Shown here: piece by piece, positions 46,868 to 58,226 of the stretch
How the letters are laid out: every line of letters begins with the position of its first letter
How positions within the stretch are numbered: the stretch's first letter is position 1
DNA from: a virus
Lineage: Duplodnaviria > Caudoviricetes
IMG/VR virus record: IMGVR_UViG_3300026159_000398
Length of the DNA: 64,000 nucleotides
Direction: 5' to 3' (one strand)
Program-made: the position numbers and the translations under genes
The notes under the pieces: model-generated
Told to the model about the DNA's origin: nothing
What the model saw: only the letters and a program-made list of their open reading frames with translations
Database searches by the model: none

Positions 46868-48220
46868 TTATTTTTGTTTATTAAGCTCTTGTAAGAACGC
46901 TTTTAAATTTCCGATATACTGTTTTTGTCCAACATGACCAGTAGTCATTGACGAATCTACGTATATCTTTCCACCCAAGTCTCTCCATTTCTTGCAGAAC
47001 ATAATGTCCTCGCTGTATAATTCTCCATCAACGACTCCAATATTGAAGATCATCTTTGATGGAACAGGCTTTTGCGATTCTTTATAGTCTTCTGAACTCT
47101 CATATAGTTTTACAATTGCTTCACGCGAAATACACATGAGACCTGTGCCAACTCCTTCGACTTCAATAATATCAGTCTCGAATTTCGTCTGCGTGGTCTT
47201 CACATTGAATGCAATCTCATCGTTCTTCTTGCGACATGGAGCTGCAATAATTTCTTTTTTTGCGTCAAGTAACTTAAAGATATCTTCAGGATTCCAAAGA
47301 ATATCACTATCAATAAATATCAAATAGTCTGCTTTGGCATCGTAAGCCATCTTGAAAAGATCATTACGCGCTCTTTGGATTAAAGCATCACCACAAAGGA
47401 ATATATGTTGGACTGCAATTCCTTTTTGCGCACCGAGTTGCTTAGTGTTAATCAAACAATCGACGTAATTCGCATGAAGATGCCAATCATGACTTGGAGT
47501 ACCAATAACAACCGTAGTTGATGGCATTCCAAGAATACTCTTAAAAATCTTTTCTTCTTCTTGCAATATACCCTTGTCATACAACTTCAATTCATTAACT
47601 GTTGTAGACTTGGCGTGATAAATAGTCTTATTAGTTATAAAGCCAATAGCGTGCTTTTGATCAAGAATACTTTTATAGATTAAATTATCACCAAAGAAAT
47701 ATTTCAGTTCTTTTGGAATTGGCTTATATTGTTCTTTACGGCCGAACATAAACCATCCTTGGAAATTAAGCACTCCATTTTTATCTGGTTGTCTTGTCCA
47801 TTCAGGCTTCGCTGAATTCTTGACATTAAAATAACCAGAAGCGTCTTCTTTTATAATGTCTTCGGTTTTAACGGTAACCAAATCAACATCATGAGCTGCA
47901 TCTGAATCAAGAACTTTAATGCATGAATCTATGATTGATGGCTCAATAACGATATCATCATTCAAAAGAAGATAATATTCAGTACCACAAATCTCAATGC
48001 CTCTATTCCATGATGGATTTATAAAGAAGTTAGAGTCATTGAAGTAATGAATCTTGTCATTCATCATCCATTCTGGTATTGATTTGTCATCACACTCAGT
48101 ATTGTCAAAGATAAAAATCTCTTCAACATTCTCGTCATCGATACACTTCTGAAGCGTATCTTTTAGAATCTCCACGCTCTTTAAGAGTGTAGGAATTATT
48201 ACAGTTACTCGTCCGCTCAT
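46868..48220 (-). CDS. double glycosyltransferase (two GT2-like domains)
   Basis: VIIPT...NPSWNRG...LLLNDD...FFGDN, then IGTP...RARN...FIDSD...GTG.M.I.R...SED..FC. Confidence 0.85.
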   Translation of the reverse strand: MSGRVTVIIPTLLKSVEILKDTLQKCIDDENVEEIFIFDNTECDDKSIPEWMMNDKIHYFNDSNFFINPSWNRGIEICGTEYYLLLNDDIVIEPSIIDSCIKVLDSDAAHDVDLVTVKTEDIIKEDASGYFNVKNSAKPEWTRQPDKNGVLNFQGWFMFGRKEQYKPIPKELKYFFGDNLIYKSILDQKHAIGFITNKTIYHAKSTTVNELKLYDKGILQEEEKIFKSILGMPSTTVVIGTPSHDWHLHANYVDCLINTKQLGAQKGIAVQHIFLCGDALIQRARNDLFKMAYDAKADYLIFIDSDILWNPEDIFKLLDAKKEIIAAPCRKKNDEIAFNVKTTQTKFETDIIEVEGVGTGLMCISREAIVKLYESSEDYKESQKPVPSKMIFNIGVVDGELYSEDIMFCKKWRDLGGKIYVDSSMTTGHVGQKQYIGNLKAFLQELNKQK

Positions 48221-48257
48221 TTACATTCTCCAATAAATTGATATTTAAAGAATTATA

Positions 48258-51200
48258 TTACTTCTTCTTTAATATTTCTATTTCAGTTTTGAGGTCCTCT
48301 ATTTGTTTTGAAAGTTCTTGAACTGCTTTAACCAATGGCAATAAGAGCTTGCCATTTGAAACTTCGAGGCGGTCTGGATTGCTCTCAAGAACCATATTCA
48401 AATAGTCAGCGTCAAAATCCTTTTGTACTTGCTTGATCTCTTGAGCTATGAGACCAACATCCCATGCGTCTGATTTCTTGCTGCCATCAACCACTCCATC
48501 AGGATACCATTCACGACGGTCCCAATGGAACTTGCGAACCTTAACTGCGTTAATGAAGTTCAATCCAAGATCGAAGTCACCAATATCGGCTTTATCTCTC
48601 ATGTCTGAGAGAGCCACAATAGTTTGAGTATTGCAACGAAGTACAGTTACGTTAGCATCACCAAGAGTTATTTCGTTTGTAGCTGTGGCTGCTGAAGCTT
48701 GGGCATTGTAGCCAACAAGAGTTAAGTTACTTCCAGTTGTTATTGTATTTCCGGCTGTATAACCTATAGCAGTATTGTTATTGCCAAATGTATTTGCGCC
48801 TAAAGAACCTCTACCAACGGCAATATTCTGAATGCCTGTTGTATTGGCAATAAGTGCTCCATAACCAACAGCTACGTTACTTGCACCAGTTGTATTTACT
48901 GATAATGCTCCATGGCCAAGAGCAGTATTATAACCTCCAAATGTGTTAGCGGCTAATGTTGAAACACCAATCGCTGTGTTATATTGGCCTGTGGTATTTA
49001 AAGTAAGAGCTAATGTACCAATGGCTGTATTAAATGAAGAAACGTTGGCGTTAAGAGTATTTCTACCAACTGCTGTATTTTGAGTACCAATTACGTTAGC
49101 ACTCAAAGCTCCACTACCAATAGCGGTATTGTATTGACCTGTTGTGTTAAGAGCTAGTGCGTAATAACCAAGAGCTACGTTTCTATCACCTATTGTATTT
49201 GCAGCCAGCGTTTGGTGACCAATGGCAGTATTGTAAACTCCGGTCGTATTAGCAGCCAATGCATTACTGCCAATTGCTACGTTCTGTGTACCAATCGAGT
49301 TAGCAGTAAGAGCATTGTGGCCAATTGCAACATTATCAATACCCGTGATATTCGCATAAAGTGCTTGAAAACCAATTGCTATATTTTGGCGTCCAAATGT
49401 ATTAGTATCAAGAGTTCTATAGCCAATAGCTACATTATCATTACCAGTTCTGTTGTTCACGAGAGCTCGATATCCGAGTGCCAGATTTCTGTTTCCGAAT
49501 GTATTAGCACCTAAAGCATCTCGGCCAATGGCGAAGTTATCGGCTCCTGTTGTGTTAACTGAAAGGGCTTGATAACCAATAGCGATTAAGCTTCCAACTG
49601 TTGAAGCTGCGGCAGCAGCAAAACCTATTGCTACACTATAATTTCCTGTTACACTGGCTGTTAAAGCGTTGTAGCCAATAGCAACATTACTTGCACCGAA
49701 TGTATTAGCATCGAGGGCATAACTTCCAATAGCAATGTTGTAAGCACCGGTTGTATTCGCATTTAGCGCATTATTACCAATGGCTACGTTATCAGTTCCA
49801 ATTGTATTAACACCAAGAGTATTGGAACCAATAGCAACATTACTTACTCCTGTTGTATTGGCATCGAGAGCTTGATGACCAATGGCGATGTTATCGGTTC
49901 CAAAAGTATTGGCAATAAGAGCACTAGAACCTATTGCAACATTATATTGTCCTGTTGTATTTGCAGAAAGAGCACTCCATCCAATGCCAACATTAAAACT
50001 TGAAACGGTATTATTGAGAGTCAAATAACCAATAGCTACGTTTTGTGCACCAGTAAGATTGTTTGTTAAAGCGGATCTTCCAATAGCGACGTTAACATTA
50101 CCCCATGTATTTTTGCCACATGCATCATATCCGATAGCAACATTATGAGAACCTGTTGTATTGTCATAAAGTGCGTAACTTCCAATAGCAGTATTGTAAG
50201 CACCAATTGTATTGGCACTCAATGTGTTAGCACCAACCGCAGTATTATCCCCGCCAGTTGTATTCAAAGTAAGAGATAGATAACCAACAGCTGTGTTTCC
50301 TTGGCCTGTTGTATTGGCTTTAAGCGCTTGATAACCAACTGCAGTCCACCAGCCGTTCGCCATATTAGCAACGTTTAACGCTTCATGACCGATAGCCACG
50401 TTTCCTGAACCAGAAACATTTGCACCTAAAGTATTATATCCAATAGCGACGTTATCAACACCGATTGTATTTGCTTGAAGTGCAGCCCAGCCAACAGCGA
50501 CGTTGTTGTTGCCTGTTGTATTGCTCCAAAGTGCACTAACTCCAATGGCTACGTTATAAACTCCGAATGTATTGAAATACATTGCATTGGCGCCAACGGC
50601 TGTATTTGAATAACCTGTTGTAGTTGAATATAATGCTTGATAGCCAATAGCGGTATTCCAGCTAGTTGTGTTCGTATAAAGAGCTTGATGGCCAATGGCG
50701 GTATTGTTAACACCGATTAAATTTGTATAAAGTGCTCGATAACCAACAGCAATATTGTTTTCACCTGTTGTATTGGCATTTAATGCATAAGCTCCAACAG
50801 CGGTATTATAACGAGCGATTGTGTTGTTTGTTAATGCCCCAGCACCAATGGCTGTATTGTTTGTTCCGGTTGAGTTGGTTCCAAGTGCAGCAGCACCGAA
50901 GGCCGTGTTTCTATCACCTATATCGTTATTATAAAGTGCTAAATATCCAACAGCAGTATTTCTTACTCCAGTTGTGTTGCTTGTTAAAGCACTGTTTCCG
51001 ATTGCTGTATTGAAAGCACCAATTGTATTTGTTTGAAGTGAAGCATATCCAACCGCAGTATTACTTGCGCCAGTTGTGTTGCTTAATAAAGTATTGCTTC
51101 CAACACCAACGTTATAGTTTCCAAAAGTATTGGCACTTAATGCATTATTACCAATACCAACATTCTGAATACCTGTTGTATTGGCATCAAGTGCGGCATT

Positions 51201-54200
51201 TCCAATTGCTAAGTTGGCCACACCAGTAGTATTAAGTGTAAGTGCATTGTAGCCAATAGCAATGTTATAATGTCCAAATGTATTGCTATAAAGAGCTTGC
51301 CATCCAACAGCTACGTTATGATTTCCAGTTATGTTGTTAAACATTGCTTCGTTGCCAATTGCAACGTTATCATAACCATAAGTATTGGATGACATTGCGT
51401 TATAACCAACAGCTGTATTTTGAAAACCAGATACGTTTGCAGCTAAAGTACCAAGGCCGATTGCTGTGTTATAATTACCTGTTACATTGTTGCCTAAAGC
51501 GTTGTAACCTAAAGCAGTATTGTAATTTCCAAATGTATTGTTATGAAGCGCATAATAACCAACGGCTGTATTTTGTGCACCGGTTGTATTGACCAATAAT
51601 GCTTGAGAACCCAATGCTGTATTGCTTGCAATGTCTCCAGCACCCAAACCAATTGTGAGCGAATGAACGGTAAGATCATTTGCAATTGGCTCTAAGAAAA
51701 TTGATGCACGAGTTACTCTCTTCTTATTCCAAGAATCTGCGCTATCTTCAATAATGAATTCATCAAGATCAACTACTGGTGTTTTAGCATCTACGACGTG
51801 AATTTCATTTGGCACATTTGTATGAAGAGCGTAAATGTCTGTAATTGTTGTTGCTAATTCAGACGCGCGATATGGAAGAACGTGAATCGTATTTGCATCT
51901 TCAACAAACAATACTGGATTGCTGAATCCTGTTTCTGGTTCTGTCGCAGTCAAAACACCAGCAGAAGTCGTGCTTACGAAGTAGAATGTTTCAACTGTCA
52001 ATCCATGAGCTGTTATTGTGAATCGACCAGACTGAGCAGCAACAAAGCTATCAAGACCAGTTACTTCTGTAATAACATGAGTAGCCAACGTTAATGAGTT
52101 GTCTGCTAATGCCGCTTTCCAGATACCTGCATCAAAATAGATTGGTGTGAGTACTGTGAATCCATGACCAGTTTGAGCAACAGTAAACGTTGTGCCGGCG
52201 CTTCCACCAGATACTAAATCATCAAGTGTATCAAGAGCTTTTTGGACTGTGTCATCTGCTACAGACAAATTATTGTTAAAATTATCTGTATTAACTGAAA
52301 TACTTGAAGCACTTGTAGCTCCAAGAATTAAGTTGTCTATTGTATCAAGAGCTTTTTGAACTGTGTCATCTGCCGCAGACAAGTTATTATTGAAGTTACT
52401 TGTATCTGTTGGTATTGTAGAGGCGGTGGGCGATGGGCCTGCGGCTCCAATAACAGTACCAGTAGAAGTTGAAACTCGGATGTTGATAAAAGTAGCATCA
52501 ACAAGCTTGATATGTGTGTTTGTAAAAAGACCCGTCGTATTATATAAGAATGTCAAACGATAGATTGGCACAATTTCTTGAATAGCAAGAGCAGCTAAAC
52601 CAGATAGATTATTAAATGACCATCCAGATTCAGAAAGTGTTGTTGTTAAATTAGAACCCACAGATTGCGATTGACCCATAATCGCAATCAATGGTTGGCT
52701 CGTCATGTTTGTTGCACAAAGATATACACAATAGTATCTGTTGGCGGTCATATTGCTCCAACCGCCAGTTGGGTTATTATATTGTGCCGTCATTGAAGCA
52801 ATTGTAGATGCATCTACAGCGGCTCCACCACTTACACCAAGAAAGTCAGTAGTCGGATTTAATCTTCTCCAAGTATAAACTCCACCAACATAACTATCAA
52901 TGTAGAATATTGGAATGCGAGCACCAATTACTATGGCATCTCCTGATACCATTCCAGCTACTGTTGCAACCGTGAAAGATGTACCTGTTCCACCAGCTGA
53001 AATTGTTGTTGTACCACGAACAATAGTAGTGTTTCCTTGCATAACTGTGACAGCTTGTCCAGTCACAAGTGTGTGTGATGTTGAAAATACTATGGTTGTG
53101 TCGTTGGTTCCTACTGTTGCTAATGCCGTAAAACCAAGGAATTGTTCTACCGTAAGAGCCCAATCTGTATATGGAGCTGCAGTTGTAGAAGCTATTGAAG
53201 CGTCAGTGTGGACAATCGCATTACGTATATCTTCATCAAAAAATGAGCCGCTAGAAATTTGAACTTGAGCACGTCCAAAGTTGTCGTTTGTATTTCCCGA
53301 AAGATTAGTAAGTCCATTGTATTGATTGAAAATAAAACCACTATTGTAAACAGCACCTTGCGCGTGGTTTCTTGCGTGTTGGAAAATATCACGGCCTGCG
53401 GTGTGACGTTCTTCACCAATCCATGTGATATTGGTTGTTACTGAATTATAACGAAAATTCCACAAGAGAACATCAGGACTATAAATATCCCAAGGAATTT
53501 GTGTTAATACAAGAACTGGAGTAGCAACATCAGTTGTTGTTTTATCGATATATAAGAACCATAGACCTTCAGCGGCAGTTGCACTTATTGTATATGCTGA
53601 AATATTTCCAGCAGTAACGGTAAATTTCTTTCCATTAATGTAGTAACTAAAAGAGGTGTTTGCCCCAACAAATGAAATTGTAGCTACAATATCAGGAGCA
53701 GAATATGTAATAGCAACTTTAAATTTTCCGCGTTCACTCCATGGAACACCAGTTGCTAATTTAGTGTCAAGGCCGTAATTAACAAAGTTTCTATTTAAAG
53801 AACTGATTGTCACATCAGTAAAAGAAGGAGAATCAGTTGTGTTGATTGCTTGATCTGAATGGTAGAATGATGATGTGTCAACATCGCCACCTTGGAGTCC
53901 TGATAAACCATTGTGAATAGTTATACCAGAGAAAACCATTGTTGTTGCAGTATCTATCTTTGATGCTGTTGAAGCACCAGTTGCTACAATAATACGTCCA
54001 ACCAACATGCTGAAAGTTGTAAACAATGCTGGCAAGTTAGAAGGTGGAGTACTTGCTGCGGCATCTGCCAACGTTCCATAAGCGCTTGTTCCAAGAACAA
54101 CCAAAGTTTGTAAAGAGTTTTGAGTAAGAACACGGTAAATCCAGTTGACAGCGTATTTATTTGGCGTCAGAGCAACAAGATTTGTTCCGTTGTCGTATTG

Positions 54201-55928
54201 TGAATTATTATATTGTGTAATAGTGGTTGATGTCCATACCCCGGCTGAGTGGTAGTACAAAGTCATTTCTTGACCACCGACATCAGACTTAATGGCATCC
54301 AATGTTACATTAGCGGCTCCATACCATACTTTACCCGATGAGATGTTGACAACACGAGTTGCGCTTTCTGTGATAATTAAACTATTTGGTTCTGCATGGA
54401 AGCGGTCTGTTTTAACCAATCGATGTGAGAGTTTGTTTGAGAGGCCTTGAGCCATCAAATCCCACATGAGATAATAGATTGTGCCACCATTATTGAAAAC
54501 AGTCACAATAGGAATTACGTTACTTTGATTGATTGGAGTAACGTCCGTAATCATCTCTACAATAGGATTTCCACTATTGTAGTTGGCTACGATGTAGCTC
54601 GTAACTCCAGAAGTCGGATTAAATGTTCCACCTGCAATTTTGTATCTATTCAGCGATGGGCTGTAATATGTGTCATCATCGTAAAGAAGATATTCACCAG
54701 TTCCAACTGTTATAGAACCAGCTCCTGTACTTATTGATGGGCTTATAAAAATACCAGCACTATCATAGAACACGTAATCTGGCATTTCTTCGACAGAATC
54801 GAAGTATGGGTGCATTACCCCTTCATCTGCTCCCACTTCTATAGCGGCAAAACCAATGTACACACAGTGGTCACGAAGAATTAAGGGCGGTTCAGGAGGA
54901 AGTTCTTGGTGACATTCATCTTCATTGTAGTGTTGTACAGTTCCAAGAGTATAGAATACTTCTCGAACATCGCCAATACTTCTATAGAAGTAACGATTTA
55001 CCCAACGGTTTGCTGTACCGGCGACGGCATTTGTACCATTGTCGTAAAGAGAATTATCGTAGTATGTTTCATGTGTGTATGTCCACACTCCGCCAACGTG
55101 ATTAACACGTGTAAGAGTATGCGTACTTGAATCAAATGGGTTGACAACTATTGGTGTTACACCGGCATAGACTATCGCACTTGTAACAACAACTGTACGA
55201 TAATGTGGCGAACTTGATTCACTGATAATGAGTCCTTTGTCGATTGAACGTCTGTATGATACAGTGTTGTACGCCCAACGGTGAATTTTGTTTGCAAGTC
55301 CAAGACCAAAAGTATCATCACCAATAGAGTGAATTGTTGAATCTTGTCTCCAACAAACAAAGACGGTAAAAATAGAAGAACCATTGATTAAATATTTATT
55401 GGTTTCTTTGCGGCAAATTGGTGTGCCACCATTGTAATCAACAACAACATACTCTTCTGTATTTTCAGTAAAAGTAAGAGTTACTTCAGGAATTGTAAAT
55501 GCTTTAAGAATTCCAGTATAATCAGCATTAGGATATACAAAAGCTACGAATGAACTTATTGTTGCTGTACCATCATTATTATCTGTAAGTGTAGGTTCGG
55601 TAATTGGACCTGCATCTTGTGGAAAAGTAGAATAAGTATTTACTACACCAGCTTCGGCGTATAATACACCATTCTTTGTCAAGAAATTCAAATTGGTAAT
55701 ATTTGCAGTTGTAATATTGCCAGTCGTAATATTATCAGTTGTGATATTGGCAGTGTCAAGATTGGCAGTTGTGGCGCCAAGTGTAGTTATTGTGGCGCTT
55801 GTGGCTCCAAGAGTTGTTATGTCGGCTTCTAACGCGTTTAATCCAGCAGCAGAAAGATCAAGAGTATCACCGTCTTGAATTTGCTGCTTAAGACCACTGT
55901 TGAGAACTAATGGTTTTCTATCTGCCAT
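48258..55928 (-). CDS. giant tail fibre/adhesin with ~14-aa beta-roll repeats and C-terminal S74-like chaperone
   Basis: About 1000 aa of NTAIG..AL..NTTG repeats; SDMRDK...GLIAQE...LVKAVQEL terminus. Confidence 0.85.
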   Translation of the reverse strand: MADRKPLVLNSGLKQQIQDGDTLDLSAAGLNALEADITTLGATSATITTLGATTANLDTANITTDNITTGNITTANITNLNFLTKNGVLYAEAGVVNTYSTFPQDAGPITEPTLTDNNDGTATISSFVAFVYPNADYTGILKAFTIPEVTLTFTENTEEYVVVDYNGGTPICRKETNKYLINGSSIFTVFVCWRQDSTIHSIGDDTFGLGLANKIHRWAYNTVSYRRSIDKGLIISESSSPHYRTVVVTSAIVYAGVTPIVVNPFDSSTHTLTRVNHVGGVWTYTHETYYDNSLYDNGTNAVAGTANRWVNRYFYRSIGDVREVFYTLGTVQHYNEDECHQELPPEPPLILRDHCVYIGFAAIEVGADEGVMHPYFDSVEEMPDYVFYDSAGIFISPSISTGAGSITVGTGEYLLYDDDTYYSPSLNRYKIAGGTFNPTSGVTSYIVANYNSGNPIVEMITDVTPINQSNVIPIVTVFNNGGTIYYLMWDLMAQGLSNKLSHRLVKTDRFHAEPNSLIITESATRVVNISSGKVWYGAANVTLDAIKSDVGGQEMTLYYHSAGVWTSTTITQYNNSQYDNGTNLVALTPNKYAVNWIYRVLTQNSLQTLVVLGTSAYGTLADAAASTPPSNLPALFTTFSMLVGRIIVATGASTASKIDTATTMVFSGITIHNGLSGLQGGDVDTSSFYHSDQAINTTDSPSFTDVTISSLNRNFVNYGLDTKLATGVPWSERGKFKVAITYSAPDIVATISFVGANTSFSYYINGKKFTVTAGNISAYTISATAAEGLWFLYIDKTTTDVATPVLVLTQIPWDIYSPDVLLWNFRYNSVTTNITWIGEERHTAGRDIFQHARNHAQGAVYNSGFIFNQYNGLTNLSGNTNDNFGRAQVQISSGSFFDEDIRNAIVHTDASIASTTAAPYTDWALTVEQFLGFTALATVGTNDTTIVFSTSHTLVTGQAVTVMQGNTTIVRGTTTISAGGTGTSFTVATVAGMVSGDAIVIGARIPIFYIDSYVGGVYTWRRLNPTTDFLGVSGGAAVDASTIASMTAQYNNPTGGWSNMTANRYYCVYLCATNMTSQPLIAIMGQSQSVGSNLTTTLSESGWSFNNLSGLAALAIQEIVPIYRLTFLYNTTGLFTNTHIKLVDATFINIRVSTSTGTVIGAAGPSPTASTIPTDTSNFNNNLSAADDTVQKALDTIDNLILGATSASSISVNTDNFNNNLSVADDTVQKALDTLDDLVSGGSAGTTFTVAQTGHGFTVLTPIYFDAGIWKAALADNSLTLATHVITEVTGLDSFVAAQSGRFTITAHGLTVETFYFVSTTSAGVLTATEPETGFSNPVLFVEDANTIHVLPYRASELATTITDIYALHTNVPNEIHVVDAKTPVVDLDEFIIEDSADSWNKKRVTRASIFLEPIANDLTVHSLTIGLGAGDIASNTALGSQALLVNTTGAQNTAVGYYALHNNTFGNYNTALGYNALGNNVTGNYNTAIGLGTLAANVSGFQNTAVGYNAMSSNTYGYDNVAIGNEAMFNNITGNHNVAVGWQALYSNTFGHYNIAIGYNALTLNTTGVANLAIGNAALDANTTGIQNVGIGNNALSANTFGNYNVGVGSNTLLSNTTGASNTAVGYASLQTNTIGAFNTAIGNSALTSNTTGVRNTAVGYLALYNNDIGDRNTAFGAAALGTNSTGTNNTAIGAGALTNNTIARYNTAVGAYALNANTTGENNIAVGYRALYTNLIGVNNTAIGHQALYTNTTSWNTAIGYQALYSTTTGYSNTAVGANAMYFNTFGVYNVAIGVSALWSNTTGNNNVAVGWAALQANTIGVDNVAIGYNTLGANVSGSGNVAIGHEALNVANMANGWWTAVGYQALKANTTGQGNTAVGYLSLTLNTTGGDNTAVGANTLSANTIGAYNTAIGSYALYDNTTGSHNVAIGYDACGKNTWGNVNVAIGRSALTNNLTGAQNVAIGYLTLNNTVSSFNVGIGWSALSANTTGQYNVAIGSSALIANTFGTDNIAIGHQALDANTTGVSNVAIGSNTLGVNTIGTDNVAIGNNALNANTTGAYNIAIGSYALDANTFGASNVAIGYNALTASVTGNYSVAIGFAAAAASTVGSLIAIGYQALSVNTTGADNFAIGRDALGANTFGNRNLALGYRALVNNRTGNDNVAIGYRTLDTNTFGRQNIAIGFQALYANITGIDNVAIGHNALTANSIGTQNVAIGSNALAANTTGVYNTAIGHQTLAANTIGDRNVALGYYALALNTTGQYNTAIGSGALSANVIGTQNTAVGRNTLNANVSSFNTAIGTLALTLNTTGQYNTAIGVSTLAANTFGGYNTALGHGALSVNTTGASNVAVGYGALIANTTGIQNIAVGRGSLGANTFGNNNTAIGYTAGNTITTGSNLTLVGYNAQASAATATNEITLGDANVTVLRCNTQTIVALSDMRDKADIGDFDLGLNFINAVKVRKFHWDRREWYPDGVVDGSKKSDAWDVGLIAQEIKQVQKDFDADYLNMVLESNPDRLEVSNGKLLLPLVKAVQELSKQIEDLKTEIEILKKK

Positions 55929-55934
55929 AATTTC

Positions 55935-56402
55935 CTACAATTGAATTGGGTCGTTGATTCGTATATCCAATTTGGTTGTTGTCAAAGCGATTCCAACCAA
56001 TGTAATAAATCCTGTTGTTGGTGGACTTTCAGTCAATCGTCCACTTGTTGAATCTAAAAAGTAATATGCATCAGGCGTCAGTGCTGCAGTTCCAGTAATA
56101 CTTGTCCAAACAGCCAATTCTAATTGACCACTTACTTGAACAATAGCAGAACCACCACTCACAACAGAAGCATCATAACAAAGGCCACAAACTTTTGATG
56201 CAGCCAAAGAAGTATTGATAGCACGTCTTACGTTGCCTGAAGAATGAATATATAATGGCATTCCTTTTGTAATGGTAACTGCATCGTTGTTTGTCATTGG
56301 CGCGGTGATATTCAGATTTTGAACATCACCACTTATGACGTCCCCAGCAGGAAGAACGTATTTTGTTCCATCGATATAAACTAAAGGTCTTCGTGCTGTC
56401 AT
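55935..56402 (-). CDS. virion fibre/cement-like protein
   Basis: G.P.Y...A......V.GL...G...LTP...Y.L....G.LT..PP..G....VG.A pattern. Confidence 0.65.
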   Translation of the reverse strand: MTARRPLVYIDGTKYVLPAGDVISGDVQNLNITAPMTNNDAVTITKGMPLYIHSSGNVRRAINTSLAASKVCGLCYDASVVSGGSAIVQVSGQLELAVWTSITGTAALTPDAYYFLDSTSGRLTESPPTTGFITLVGIALTTTKLDIRINDPIQL

Positions 56403-57085
56403 AGTACTATTGATTCCGAAAGATGAACATAAATTCTAGTAGCTGTAATCGCTTGACCAACTTTTGTACTGAATCCAGTTGATGGAGGTGTATCAGAAAT
56501 TGTAGTTCCATTTAAGAACAGAACTGCACCAGGGTCAAATGTCCATGATGGATTTGTAACTTCACCTTCAGCAACTGCGTCTGCATAATTACCAGCAGCA
56601 ACATCTTCAGTAAGAATTCCAGCTATGCGATTGACATGATTAAGGTCGCTTGAATCGGCAGGACCACCCATAATGGTGACAACAGAGAATGCTGATAAAT
56701 CAACGTCACTAATTATTCGTTTAAGAACAGCGGCAGTTGTTAAACTACCAGGGCCAGGAATTCCAGGGTCGCCTTTATCGCCTTTTTCACCTTGAATTCC
56801 TTGTGGACCAGCAGGTCCTTGAGGACCCATAGGTCCCTGAGCGCCAGTGGCGCCAGCTGCTCCTTTTTCTCCACGTAATCCATAAGGACCTTGTGGGCCT
56901 TGTGGACCCGGAGGGCCTTGTGGACCCGGAGGGCCTTGTGGGCCAGCAGGACCAGCTGGACCTTGAAAACCTTGGAGACCGCGTTTGCCTCTATCTCCTT
57001 GATTTCCTTGTTCACCTTGTAATCCCGGATCGCCTTTTACACCACGGTCGCCTTTCGTTCCTTTTAATGTGATTGCGTCGCCCAT
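56399..57085 (-). CDS. collagen-like virion protein
   Basis: About 105 aa of uninterrupted Gly-X-Y followed by a cement-like domain. Confidence 0.85.
   Translation of the reverse strand: MGDAITLKGTKGDRGVKGDPGLQGEQGNQGDRGKRGLQGFQGPAGPAGPQGPPGPQGPPGPQGPQGPYGLRGEKGAAGATGAQGPMGPQGPAGPQGIQGEKGDKGDPGIPGPGSLTTAAVLKRIISDVDLSAFSVVTIMGGPADSSDLNHVNRIAGILTEDVAAGNYADAVAEGEVTNPSWTFDPGAVLFLNGTTISDTPPSTGFSTKVGQAITATRIYVHLSESIVL
56895..56944. repeat. 18-nt tandem repeat in the collagen region
   Basis: GGGCCTTGTGGACCCGGA repeated, encoding GPQGPP. Confidence 0.7.
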
Positions 57086-57088
57086 GGT

Positions 57089-57397
57089 TTATTTTCCGGT
57101 CAAATTGTAAATATTGCCGTCCCTATCAATTAAAGTGGTGATTTGATTTAAAATTTCTTCAGCGCGTGCTTCTATTTCTTGAGGAGATTTTGTCCAATCA
57201 AACATGTAGTAAGCATATTTTTCAGAATCTTTTGCGAAAGTAACCAAAAGTTTTGCTGTGAGTTTGTTTTTCTTCAATAAGGAAATAAGTTCATAAAAAA
57301 ATTCTTGGACATCTTTGCTTTGAACGCCAAATTTTTTTACAAACTTGTCTTGCAACATCTTATTGATGATAATGTAGTTCTTTGTTGGTTGAACCAT
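57089..57397 (-). CDS. hypothetical protein
   Basis: TAATG coupling to the upstream gene. Confidence 0.6.
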   Translation of the reverse strand: MVQPTKNYIIINKMLQDKFVKKFGVQSKDVQEFFYELISLLKKNKLTAKLLVTFAKDSEKYAYYMFDWTKSPQEIEARAEEILNQITTLIDRDGNIYNLTGK

Positions 57398-57603
57398 TAC
57401 TTGTTCTCCTCAAGACGCTTCACCTTCTGTTCAAGAACCTTAATCTTCGCCCAAAGTATTTGGATGAGTTTATGGTCTCTCGCTATATTATTATATTCAT
57501 CGCTGAAGTCTGAATTTAATAATTCTTTTTCCGATAATTCATCAATAATTTTTCCCATATCGGAATATTCAACAACTTGTTTAAGTTCGAATTCTTTTGC
57601 CAT
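57397..57603 (-). CDS. hypothetical coiled-coil protein
   Basis: Overlaps the endonuclease 3' end. Confidence 0.6.
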   Translation of the reverse strand: MAKEFELKQVVEYSDMGKIIDELSEKELLNSDFSDEYNNIARDHKLIQILWAKIKVLEQKVKRLEENK

Positions 57604-58225
57604 AATATCCCCACTTAATTAATCGTTTTTGAATTATATTGTATGTACAATTGAATTGTTTTGCAATATTTCTTAACGATTTACCTTCATTTCGTAATTT
57701 AATAATATTAAACTGTTGTTCATCAAGATCTTTTCTATATTTAGGGTCATTCAATCCACTATTTGGTATTCTTCGAATAGTATTAAAATTTTTAATTTTT
57801 CTTATAATTGTACTCTCTGAACAATTATATTGAAAAGCAATTTGTTTATACGTGAAACCTTTTTTACGTAATTTAATTAATCTATTAAGATTAATATCTA
57901 AATCTTTTCTATAATTTGGATGATTTTCTCCAGGTTTATTTCCTATACCGCCTAGTGCTACATTATAAACTTTACCAAATAAAGAATAATAAAAAATAAA
58001 GTATGATTCCATTTGATTCATTTCATCAATACTATCACAATGCAATAAGATATTCCAAATAAAATTTTCTTGACCATACTTTCTAATTGCTCTATAAAAT
58101 AGAGTATCTGTATTATAATGCAATGCATGATAAAGATGTTGGTGCATTCTTTCTTTAAGTGTTTTAGATGTAGCACCAATATAAATATTATGATTTAAAA
58201 TATTTGTTGCACTATAAATAATCAT
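57581..58225 (-). CDS. GIY-YIG homing endonuclease with tandem HTH repeats
   Basis: IIYSATN...IYIGAT, AIRKYG, YNVALGG, two YRKDLD...IKLR..G....IA.Q.NC repeats. Confidence 0.88.
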   Translation of the reverse strand: MIIYSATNILNHNIYIGATSKTLKERMHQHLYHALHYNTDTLFYRAIRKYGQENFIWNILLHCDSIDEMNQMESYFIFYYSLFGKVYNVALGGIGNKPGENHPNYRKDLDINLNRLIKLRKKGFTYKQIAFQYNCSESTIIRKIKNFNTIRRIPNSGLNDPKYRKDLDEQQFNIIKLRNEGKSLRNIAKQFNCTYNIIQKRLIKWGYYGKRIRT

Positions 58226-58226
58226 A

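Noticed and set aside
48700-51630. CRISPR array or DGR in the highly repetitive region
   Set aside because: The repeats are degenerate ~42-nt coding repeats of the fibre. There are no spacers, no cas genes and no reverse transcriptase.
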